This document shows, in pieces, positions 15,671-23,075 of a stretch of 24,000 nucleotides of DNA. Location: positions 3,907 to 27,906 of the forward strand of contig JAYSRP010000288.1 in the NCBI GenBank assembly GCA_043721015.1, written 5' to 3'. The stretch comes from Synechococcales cyanobacterium. GTDB lineage: Bacteria > Cyanobacteriota > Cyanobacteriia > Cyanobacteriales > Chamaesiphonaceae. The translations under genes were made by a program, and so were the position numbers. Position 1 is the first letter of the stretch, and the number at the start of each line of letters is the position of its first letter. The notes below the pieces were generated by a model, which ran no database searches, had not been told where the DNA came from, and was given only the letters and a program-made list of their open reading frames with translations.

Positions 15671-16840
15671 TTAACTCCGAATCTGCACCGGCATCACCAA
15701 ATAAATAGTCTTAACACCACCAACCGGTGAAAAGACAACCTGCTCCAAAACCCCATTGAGATTAATCGCTACATCTTGAGCATTAATATTTTTCAAACCA
15801 TCCAACAAATAGCGCACATTAAAAGCAATCTCAATATCATCACCCGAAACCTGAGCAGTCAAAGACTCCTTACCACTACCAATATCTTGTGCCTCTACCG
15901 AAAGCTCCAAAGATTGATGCTCATTGCTGATCGTAAACTTCACTAAGTTATTATGCTGATCAGCTAACACTGCAATCCGCTCTAACGCCGACACCAACTG
16001 CTTGCGATCGATTGTCACCTGCTTACCAAAACTACTCGGAATCAACGCTCGATAATCTGGATAATTACCCTCGATCGTCCGGGTGATCAACTGCTGCTGA
16101 CCATGGGCGGTTTCCCAAGCAAACACTGCCTGTCCCTCACCCAAACTAAAGCTGATCTTTTCGATAGCTCCGCTTGCGCCAACGGCGATCGACTGCTTAC
16201 CCCCCAGCATCTTCTCTAGCTCTCGCAAAGCCCGTGCAGGCACCGTCAACTCCAAAGAGCCTCCCTGCTCCGCCTCCAAAAAAGTCTCCACCACCCCCAA
16301 CCGGTGGCCATCAGTAGCCGCAAACTCTAGCTTCTCAGCATCTAGCTTAAAATTCACCCCAGTTAAAATCGGCTTGGTTTCATCTTGGCTACAGGCAATC
16401 AATGCTCCCCGTAAACCATCAATCAAGGCAGCGATCGGTAGATGTTGAATCTCACCATCTTCTGGCTCTGGCAACTCCGGAAACTCGGTGGCATCCATGC
16501 CCCGCACCTGATAGGTGCCAGTCTTAGATTTTACGGTTACGACAATGCCATCGCCATTCTGAGAATCATTTTGTTCGATCGTAATCTCACCGCTGGGCAA
16601 CCGAGAAACAATATCATTCAACAACTTCGCAGGCAGGGCAATTTCTCCACCTTCGCTCACCTCTGCCCCAAAGCTAGTTTGGATGCCCAAACTCAGATCA
16701 AATCCCGTCAACTGCACTCGTCCAGCAGTGGCTACCAGCTTAATATTGGTCAAAATTGGCAGGCTGGGCTTGCCCGAGACTGCTCGGCTCACCAACGAAA
16801 GACTGGAGCTAAGATCGGCTTGCTGGCAAAGAAACTTCAT
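15671..16840 (-). CDS. dnaN: DNA polymerase III beta sliding clamp
   Basis: The conserved DnaN N-terminus MKFLCQQADLSSSLSLVSRAV... begins at the ATG at 16838-16840. The three-domain length (389 aa) and the C-terminal VYLVMPVQIR block fit. The track ORF adds 27 non-conserved upstream codons. Confidence 0.93.
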   Translation of the reverse strand: MKFLCQQADLSSSLSLVSRAVSGKPSLPILTNIKLVATAGRVQLTGFDLSLGIQTSFGAEVSEGGEIALPAKLLNDIVSRLPSGEITIEQNDSQNGDGIVVTVKSKTGTYQVRGMDATEFPELPEPEDGEIQHLPIAALIDGLRGALIACSQDETKPILTGVNFKLDAEKLEFAATDGHRLGVVETFLEAEQGGSLELTVPARALRELEKMLGGKQSIAVGASGAIEKISFSLGEGQAVFAWETAHGQQQLITRTIEGNYPDYRALIPSSFGKQVTIDRKQLVSALERIAVLADQHNNLVKFTISNEHQSLELSVEAQDIGSGKESLTAQVSGDDIEIAFNVRYLLDGLKNINAQDVAINLNGVLEQVVFSPVGGVKTIYLVMPVQIRS

Positions 16841-16985
16841 GGCAGAAAAATGTGGGAGGATCGCAAACTCTATCCTAACCGGGAAAAGTAGCAATCTGAC
16901 AAGCACAATTGCTGATTGCACAGGGCTGGTAATCCAAAAATTGCAAATTACTGGGGACTGAGAACTTCCTCGGGCAAGAACAAAA

Positions 16986-17783
16986 TTAATCCTGATTCAA
17001 TTCCTGCGATCGATTAGCCGCCGCAATCACCGCTTCGATAATGGTCGATCGAAACCCGCCTTTTTCTAGTGCTCTAACGCCAGCAATAGTGGTGCCACCG
17101 GGGCTTGTGACCCGATCTTTACAAATTGCTGGATGCAACTGCTGCTGATCTAACAATTGTGCAGTGCCTAAGACAGTTTGCAGCGCCAATTCTTGCGCCA
17201 TTGCTCGCGGCAAACCGGCGGCTACTCCACCGTCAGCTAAGGCTTCCACCATTAAGGCCACATAAGCCGGACCAGATCCAGATAGTCCGGTGACGGCATC
17301 GAGCTGAGATTCCGAAACTCTGACAACTTTGCCGACGGCTTGGAATATTTTGCTGACCACAGCGTATTGAATATCTATTGCGCGCTCATTCCCCGCGATC
17401 GCCGTCATGCCTGCCCCTACTGTTGCTGGGGTATTGGGCATGGTTCTTACAATTGCTTGCTGAGAAAAGACTTTTTCTAGCTGGCTGATGCTCACCCCTG
17501 CCAAAATTGAAATAATTAATCGATCAGCAGCCACATTTAAGCCAGCTACAGCCGATCGCAGCGCTTGGGGTTTGACGGCCAAAACAATTGAGGCAGCTTC
17601 TACTACCTCTTGGTTGTTGTCAGTAACACCCACACCATACTGTTGGTGTAAAAATTCACGGCGAGCCGCTAAGGGATCGCTCACTACAACAGCCTCGGCT
17701 TGATAAATACCGACGGCAAGAAGGCGGGAAACAATGGCTTCTGCCATTACCCCGCCCCCAATAATTCCGAGTTCTTTTTGCAA
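16986..17783 (-). CDS. proC: Pyrroline-5-carboxylate reductase
   Basis: 265 aa with the Rossmann motif IIGGGVMAEA and the C-terminal SPGGTTIAG block. The start is a TTG. Confidence 0.9.
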   Translation of the reverse strand: MQKELGIIGGGVMAEAIVSRLLAVGIYQAEAVVVSDPLAARREFLHQQYGVGVTDNNQEVVEAASIVLAVKPQALRSAVAGLNVAADRLIISILAGVSISQLEKVFSQQAIVRTMPNTPATVGAGMTAIAGNERAIDIQYAVVSKIFQAVGKVVRVSESQLDAVTGLSGSGPAYVALMVEALADGGVAAGLPRAMAQELALQTVLGTAQLLDQQQLHPAICKDRVTSPGGTTIAGVRALEKGGFRSTIIEAVIAAANRSQELNQD

Positions 17784-17849
17784 ACCTTAGTCTCCAGCCA
17801 TTAAACAGGACAGTAGCTAACAGCTACGCAGCACTCGGTGGCCAGTATT

Positions 17850-18401
17850 TTACTGAGCGATCGCTTCGCTAGCCCAAGGATTGCCAGGAGTTACTGAGCG
17901 ATGAGTGCGAGTAGGGGCCTGAACCACTTCGTTTAAAACGTTAGTAGGAGTGCTGACCTGCACACAGCTAGGAGTGAACAAGAAGATGTTGTCGCCAATG
18001 CGCTCATAGTGACCATCAATGGCGTAAGTACCACCAGCTACGAAGTCAACTGCACGCTGGGCTTCTTCTTGACGAATCAAAGTCATATTCAAAATCACCG
18101 ACTTGCGCTGACGCAAAGCATCAATAACCTGGGGCATTTCTTCAAAAGCACGGGGTTCAATCAAGACCATTTCAGATGCGCCATGAGATACACCGGGCAT
18201 ACCAATAACATTACTAGCCTTAGATCTCAGCTCGGCATTGAAGGCAGCGCGAGGAGTCGGGGCTTCTGCAGGACTGGAAGGAGCAGGAGCGGCGTAGTCA
18301 GCGTAACCATGAGGCTGTTGCTCAACATCCTCATATTCGTAATCGTACTCATCTTGATCGTTTAAGCCGACGATGTCTTTTAACTTGCTAAGAAAACTCA
18401 C
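17850..18401 (-). CDS. sepF: Cell division protein SepF
   Basis: 183 aa with the N-terminal membrane-targeting helix [13 protein letters not shown], an acidic/Pro-rich linker and a DUF552 core ([28 protein letters not shown]...GGTYAIDG). The start is a GTG. Confidence 0.88.
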   Translation of the reverse strand: MSFLSKLKDIVGLNDQDEYDYEYEDVEQQPHGYADYAAPAPSSPAEAPTPRAAFNAELRSKASNVIGMPGVSHGASEMVLIEPRAFEEMPQVIDALRQRKSVILNMTLIRQEEAQRAVDFVAGGTYAIDGHYERIGDNIFLFTPSCVQVSTPTNVLNEVVQAPTRTHRSVTPGNPWASEAIAQ

Positions 18402-18495
18402 GGTGGTAATGCTCCTGTACTGGTTGGCTGATGAACTAATTGAAATCTCTGGACAAAAATAAACTTAGCAGAAAGGATTACTAAAATCTAGCCGG

Positions 18496-18658
18496 TTTGT
18501 CACACAAAAAGTACGGTTTTCCTTAAGAATTACAAAAACAATATTTGAAAGCTATGCTCATAACTCGTTTCAGTTCTTACTTTCATAACTTCTTTATATT
18601 TCTTATTCTTTTGTCACATAAAATCTCCTGATTTTCTTAAGATTTCAAAAGTAATATT
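18496..18658. repeat. Two ~50-bp imperfect direct repeats in the sepF upstream region
   Basis: R1 at 18496-18545 is tttgtcacacaaaaagtacggttttccttaagaattacaaaaacaatatt. R2 at 18610-18658 is tttgtcacataaaatctcctgattttcttaagatttcaaaagtaatatt. Shared blocks are TTTGTCACA, TTTTC, TTAAGA, CAAAA and AATATT, in the same order. Confidence 0.55.
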
Positions 18659-18668
18659 ACTTAACTAG

Positions 18669-18703
18669 AGCAAAGCAAAACAAACAATTTATTTTGCTTT
18701 GCT
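18669..18703 (-). terminator. Hairpin at the yggS 3' end (possible terminator or mRNA-stabilising stem)
   Basis: Perfect 12-bp stem agcaaagcaaaa (18669-18680) / ttttgctttgct (18692-18703) that overlaps the yggS stop codon. The U-tract on the minus strand is poor. Confidence 0.4.
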
Positions 18704-19367
18704 AAATAAAGATTTTGCTCCCTACTCTAATCAAGCTAGAACCAGCTCGTACAGCTATTTTATAATCCTGAGACATGCCCATCGACAGGTGATTTATCTC
18801 AATAAATTGATAATTGTGTTGGTTTATTTCTTTTTGTAAATTAGCAGCAGAAATAAACATTTCTAGTAATTCATAACTAGTTAATCCCAACGGAGCAATA
18901 ACCATCAAACCGGTTGTTCTCAAACCTTCACAGCGATTTATTTCTGGCAAATCAAGCCGCAAATTGGCTACTTCCCAACCTGTTTTCTGAGGGTCGGGGA
19001 GCATTTTTACCTGTAGATAAACCTGGGGAGATTTACCCAACTCAGCGGCAATTTTATTAATCTGCTGGTAAAGCTTCAAACTATCCACCGACTGAATCAC
19101 CTCAAACATTTGCACCGCCTTCCGCACCTTATTACTCTGCAACTGACCGATCAGGTGCCAGCGAATATCTGGAAGGTCAGCCAAAGCCGCTTGCTTCTCT
19201 GCCGTTGCCTGAATGCGACTTTCCCCAAAATCACGAACCCCAGCCGCATAAGCCTCGCGCATTTGCTCCACAGAAGCCCCTTTACTCACGGCCACCAGTT
19301 GCACCGTCTCAGGAATTTCTTGGCGGATGTTAGCCAGTCGTTGGGCGATCGAATCTTGTTCGTTCAT
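18702..19367 (-). CDS. yggS: YggS-family pyridoxal-phosphate homeostasis protein (PipY in cyanobacteria)
   Basis: 221 aa with the PLP-lysine block LVAVSKG plus HLIGQLQSNK and LSMGMSQDY. Confidence 0.9.
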   Translation of the reverse strand: MNEQDSIAQRLANIRQEIPETVQLVAVSKGASVEQMREAYAAGVRDFGESRIQATAEKQAALADLPDIRWHLIGQLQSNKVRKAVQMFEVIQSVDSLKLYQQINKIAAELGKSPQVYLQVKMLPDPQKTGWEVANLRLDLPEINRCEGLRTTGLMVIAPLGLTSYELLEMFISAANLQKEINQHNYQFIEINHLSMGMSQDYKIAVRAGSSLIRVGSKIFI

Positions 19368-19499
19368 AAAGAAATATTACTGAAGGTGATATTTGAAAAT
19401 ATTTATTGAAAATTAGGTAATTCTGCTCTCCAATAGTAATTGTTAAGCGTTTGTTAAGCTAAGATTGAAAGCACCAACTGCTGCTGGAGTATTGCCTGA

Positions 19500-20960
19500 A
19501 TGATTCCCCATGACTCTATTTTTTCTCAAGAGACTGCTGCCGATAAACCCGAAGAAGCCTGCGGCGTGTTTGGAGTCTACGCCCCCGGCCAAGATGTAGC
19601 CAAACTAACTTACTTTGGCATCTATGCTTTACAGCATCGCGGTCAAGAGTCGGCGGGTATCGCCACCATGACCGCCGAGACCATGCACCATTACAAGGAT
19701 ATGGGCTTGGTGTCTCAGGTGTTTAAACCAGAGATTTTAGAAGAATTAGGCGGCAACTGGGCGATCGGGCATACTCGCTACTCTACTACTGGCTCTAGCC
19801 GTCGGGTGAACGCCCAGCCAGCGACAGTTGATACTCGCTTGGGTGGCTTGGCGCTAGCTCACAATGGCAACTTGGTAAATGTGCTAGACCTCAAAAAGCA
19901 CTTAGAAGAGAAAAAATGGGACATTCAAACCAGCACTGATTCTGAAATGATTGCCTTGGCAATGGCCAACGAAGTCAACGAAGGTCAAGATTGGCAAGCA
20001 GCTCTAATTACTGCGCTCAAAATGTGTCAAGGCGCTTTTAGCTTAACCATTGCCACAGCTACCGGTGTGGTAGCTGCCCGCGATGCCAACGGCATTCGGC
20101 CTTTAGTAATTGGCATGTGGCCAGAGCACCCCGGACACTATGTTTTTGCTTCAGAGACCTGCGCTTTAGATATTGTTGGTGCCGAATATTTGCGAGACGT
20201 GCTGCCAGGGGAATTGGTCTGGGCAACCGCTGATGGTTTAGCTAGCACCATGTGGGCAGAGGCTACCAGCCCCAAGCTGTGTATTTTTGAAATGATTTAC
20301 TTCGCCCGTCCCGATAGCTGGATGAATGCCGAGAGCTTATACAGCTATCGCTTACGCATTGGTCGCCAACTAGCCAAAGAGGCCCCCCAAGATGCGGATA
20401 TCGTGATCGGAGTGCCAGATTCCGGCATTCCGGCAGCGATCGGCTTCTCCCAGGCTTCTGGTGTGATGTATATGGAAGGCTTGATCAAAAACCGCTATGT
20501 GGGTAGAACGTTCATTCAGCCCACCCAAGAAATGCGCGAATCGGGCATTCGGATGAAGCTGAACCCCCTAAAAGATGTGTTAGCGGGCAAGCGCGTAATT
20601 ATTGTCGATGATTCGATCGTGCGGGGCACCACTAGCCGCAAGCTGGTCAAAGCAATCCGCGATGCTGGAGCCACCGAAGTCCACATGCGCATCTCTTCGC
20701 CACCGGTAACTCACCCCTGCTTCTATGGCATTGATACCGATACTCAAGATCAGTTGATTGCCGCGACTAAGACCGTGGCCGAGATTGCTGAACAGATTGG
20801 GGTCGATTCTTTAGCTTATTTATCAGAAGCAGGAATGTTAGAGACGACCACTCAAAGCGTCGATCGATTCTGCTCGGCCTGCTTCAATGGCAAATATCCT
20901 GTACCAGTCCCTGAAGACATGAAGCGCTCTAAGCTGATGCTAGAAAAGGTAGCAACCTAA
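19500..20960 (+). CDS. purF: Amidophosphoribosyltransferase (glutamine PRPP amidotransferase)
   Basis: 486 aa with a propeptide followed by the Ntn-cysteine CGVFGV, the PRTase loop VIIVDDSIVRGTT, and Fe-S ligand cysteines (PCFYGID, CSACFNG). Confidence 0.95.
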   Translation: MIPHDSIFSQETAADKPEEACGVFGVYAPGQDVAKLTYFGIYALQHRGQESAGIATMTAETMHHYKDMGLVSQVFKPEILEELGGNWAIGHTRYSTTGSSRRVNAQPATVDTRLGGLALAHNGNLVNVLDLKKHLEEKKWDIQTSTDSEMIALAMANEVNEGQDWQAALITALKMCQGAFSLTIATATGVVAARDANGIRPLVIGMWPEHPGHYVFASETCALDIVGAEYLRDVLPGELVWATADGLASTMWAEATSPKLCIFEMIYFARPDSWMNAESLYSYRLRIGRQLAKEAPQDADIVIGVPDSGIPAAIGFSQASGVMYMEGLIKNRYVGRTFIQPTQEMRESGIRMKLNPLKDVLAGKRVIIVDDSIVRGTTSRKLVKAIRDAGATEVHMRISSPPVTHPCFYGIDTDTQDQLIAATKTVAEIAEQIGVDSLAYLSEAGMLETTTQSVDRFCSACFNGKYPVPVPEDMKRSKLMLEKVAT

Positions 20961-20971
20961 CCCAGCGAAAG

Positions 20972-20998
20972 GGGAAGACCATAATTGTCTTCCCTTTT
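20972..20998 (+). terminator. Rho-independent terminator after purF
   Basis: The stem gggaagac (20972-20979) / gtcttccc (20987-20994) has a 7-nt loop and is followed by tttt. Confidence 0.65.
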
Positions 20999-21033
20999 GC
21001 AATTTATGCAATTTTAGCGATATTTCACCAGTA

Positions 21034-21393
21034 CTAAGTCTCGCGGTTTCCCCGATTCAAAAAGCGCATCTCTTCTAAAAGCACATTAAATCGCTGGTCG
21101 CTTTCGGCCTGTCTTTCTTTCATAGCTTCCATGTCTCGCTGACTTTGAGCAGCAACCTGCAACAAAGCCTGTGCAGTTATCCTTAGCCCATCAACGCTAT
21201 CTCGCACTTCAGCAATGCTTTCTCTTAACTCGGTGGTGCTTTCTCGCAGCTCAGTAGCATTTTCTCGCATATTTTCGCGTAGCTCGATAGCGCTCTCTCG
21301 CATACTTTCTCGTAACTCAGTAACGCTAGCAGCCAGCGCATCGACCATTTCATCCGTCCACCTTACAACTGTCATCTGAAACACCTTAGCCAA
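21034..21393 (-). CDS. Repeat-containing coiled-coil hypothetical protein
   Basis: 119-aa ORF with the tandem 11-aa units TELRESMRESA / IELRENMRENA and further ELRES heptads. The C-terminal block QRDMEAMKERQAESDQRFNVLLEEMRFL is similar in style to the protein at 15299..15634. Confidence 0.55.
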   Translation of the reverse strand: MAKVFQMTVVRWTDEMVDALAASVTELRESMRESAIELRENMRENATELRESTTELRESIAEVRDSVDGLRITAQALLQVAAQSQRDMEAMKERQAESDQRFNVLLEEMRFLNRGNRET

Positions 21394-21420
21394 ATGATGA
21401 TTAGGTTTATTTTACGATAA

Positions 21421-21693
21421 CTTTCCCAAATATCGAATTATGGGGGTGAGTCAAGTCGCATGGCGATGATGCGAGGTGTTGAGGTCATTCATCAGTTCAT
21501 AGAGCAGACGATTCAGCCCGTCGTCATTGTGACTCACGGCAATTTGATGACGCTGATATTGAAGTATTTTGATGAGCAGATTGGTTATGACGAGTGGGAA
21601 GGTTTACAAAATCCTGATGTCTATTGCGTCAAGTTTGGCAGTGAGGAAATTGAGGTTGAGCATATAGTTCGAGCGTCCATGCCAGCCGTATAA
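21421..21693 (+). pseudogene. 3' fragment of a histidine-phosphatase (phosphoglycerate-mutase-like) gene
   Basis: The open frame from 21421 reads ...NYGGESSRMAMMRGVEVIHQFIEQTIQPVVIVTHGNLM..., matching the GES...R...VVIVTHG half of the family. The N-terminal RHG catalytic half is absent. Confidence 0.55.
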
Positions 21694-21888
21694 CAACCGC
21701 AATGCACCGGAGCTTTGAAGTATACTGACTGTCAGCAAGAGTTGCCTGCGTCCGGTGATTGAGAACGTTAAAAAGGCGTTTGCCTTCACAAAAATGGGAG
21801 CGCCGTTGAACTTATCGAATTCATAGGGTTGGGATCCGACTCCCCTCACCCAAATCATTTGGCGAATTTTGATAGCTTAACTCAAATA

Positions 21889-22533
21889 TCACAGATTCCC
21901 TAAATACCGCTGTAGATAAGGCGAAAAAACCTCATAGATCAAAGTCAGTGGCTTACCCTGATGCCAAAATAAATAATGGCGACCCCAAAGAAGTCCTGAT
22001 TCATTAAAGCCCTCACTCAAAGCTGGGGAAGTACCACAATAAATGCCGCGCACATCTCGATGTAGCTCGGTGCGCAACCGAGCTAAGCTTGCCCAAATTG
22101 GCAAACTACGATTTTGTAAGTATTCATCCACATGCTCAGCATTCCACCAAGAAGTAGCATAGGCTAGTCTCTGACCAGAAGCAGTGCGCAACCATACCTG
22201 TCTGCGCAACCTTGGCCCCGGAACTTCTTGCAGCTCGATCGGCGCACCATCACCAATCATCCCCACCACCGACATATCTAGTACATCTACTTCGGTGGCT
22301 TCGCCGGTCAATAGCTGCAAGTGTCGAGTCGGTGAGCCATCCCCTAACAGCATTAATTGCCAAGCCGGTGGTAACTGACTATGGGGTAAACCTGATTGGA
22401 TAGCCGAAAAATCACCAAACCAAACAGGCTCTAAACGGTGCCACTTTAAAAGATGCTGTGGCTCGATCGAAATATTAGTCAAATTATTCTCTAAAACAAA
22501 TTCCGGTGGCTTCTTAATAGTAAAGAAAGCCAT
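21889..22533 (-). CDS. Chorismate lyase (UbiC-like, DUF98 family; plastoquinone pathway type)
   Basis: 214 aa with cyanobacterial chorismate-lyase blocks: MLLGDGSPTRHLQLLTGE, PRLRRQVWLRT, LAYATSWW and PLTLIYEVFSP. Confidence 0.8.
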   Translation of the reverse strand: MAFFTIKKPPEFVLENNLTNISIEPQHLLKWHRLEPVWFGDFSAIQSGLPHSQLPPAWQLMLLGDGSPTRHLQLLTGEATEVDVLDMSVVGMIGDGAPIELQEVPGPRLRRQVWLRTASGQRLAYATSWWNAEHVDEYLQNRSLPIWASLARLRTELHRDVRGIYCGTSPALSEGFNESGLLWGRHYLFWHQGKPLTLIYEVFSPYLQRYLGNL

Positions 22534-22551
22534 CGGAATTTGCTAGTGCGA

Positions 22552-22634
22552 TGCAGATAGCGAGACTCGAACTCGCAAGGTCTAGGACCACACGCACCTC
22601 AAGCGTGCGCGTATACCAATTCCGCCACATCTGC
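22552..22634 (-). tRNA. tRNA-Leu (anticodon GAG), type II with a long variable arm, no encoded CCA
   Basis: The minus strand reads GCAGATG-TG-GCGGAATTGGTATACGC-G-CACGC-TTGAGGT-GCGTG-TGGTCCTAGACCTT-GCGAG-TTCGAGT-CTCGC-TATCTGC-A. This gives a 7-bp acceptor stem (one G-U), a 5-bp anticodon stem, a GAG anticodon and the T-loop TTCGAGT. Confidence 0.92.
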
Positions 22635-22727
22635 TCGGCGTTACGACTGAGCCAGTGATTCACCAGCTATGCCGACCTCTGAGTATGCCATAGATCTTGG
22701 TAAGAATCAAGATCTAATGTTTAATTG

Positions 22728-22961
22728 CTAACGACCACGCTGATTTTTGAGACGGTAAGTGATGCGCCCTTTACTCAGATCGTAAGGAGTCAGTTCGCAC
22801 TTAACTCGATCGCCTTCCAAAATTTTGATGTAATTCCGGCGAATCTTGCCAGAAATATGCGCCAGCACATTAAAGCCGTTGTCCAGATCTACTCGGAACA
22901 TCGCATTGGGCAGTGACTCTGTCACAGTACCTTCCATTTCGATCAAGTCTTGTTTAGACAA
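22728..22961 (-). CDS. infA: Translation initiation factor IF-1
   Basis: The conserved IF-1 sequence (M)[47 protein letters not shown]... starts at a TTG (22959-22961) with AGAGG about 10 nt upstream. The 104-aa track ORF adds a non-conserved extension. Confidence 0.88.
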   Translation of the reverse strand: MSKQDLIEMEGTVTESLPNAMFRVDLDNGFNVLAHISGKIRRNYIKILEGDRVKCELTPYDLSKGRITYRLKNQRGR

Positions 22962-23075
22962 GCTTTGAATACCTCTAAATTTAACAAAGTTGACTGCTGT
23001 CGGTATTTCTACCTGATACATTGTAGCAAAATTAGCCATCATCTGATACAGATGACGGCCAACTTTTAGTTTATC

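Noticed and set aside
16841-16921. A 27-codon N-terminal extension of dnaN in the ORF track
   Set aside because: The conserved DnaN N-terminus begins at MKFLCQQ (ATG at 16838-16840). The upstream residues (MQSAIVLVRLLLFPVRIEFAILPHFSA) are not DnaN-like.
16841-16985. A possible chromosomal origin (oriC) upstream of dnaN, as found in several cyanobacteria
   Set aside because: The dnaN-proC spacer is only about 145 bp. I found no cluster of DnaA boxes (TTTTCCACA/TTATCCACA or the complement) there or in the other spacers. The best single match is gTTTCCACA, inside tnpA near 14445, and it is isolated.
21604-21858. An 84-aa minus-strand ORF between the phosphatase fragment and chorismate lyase
   Set aside because: It overlaps the end of the phosphatase fragment and has no start context, no recognisable domain and an unconvincing composition. 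The region is kept only as unassigned sequence in a finding.
22552-22634. A group I intron in tRNA-Leu, known for cyanobacterial tRNA-Leu(UAA)
   Set aside because: This tRNA has anticodon GAG and an uninterrupted 83-nt cloverleaf, so no intron is present.
22962-23042. An upstream ATG extension of infA giving a 104-aa product
   Set aside because: IF-1 is a highly conserved ~72-77-aa protein. The conserved sequence starts at (M)[10 protein letters not shown], encoded from a TTG with a good SD. The extension has no counterpart.
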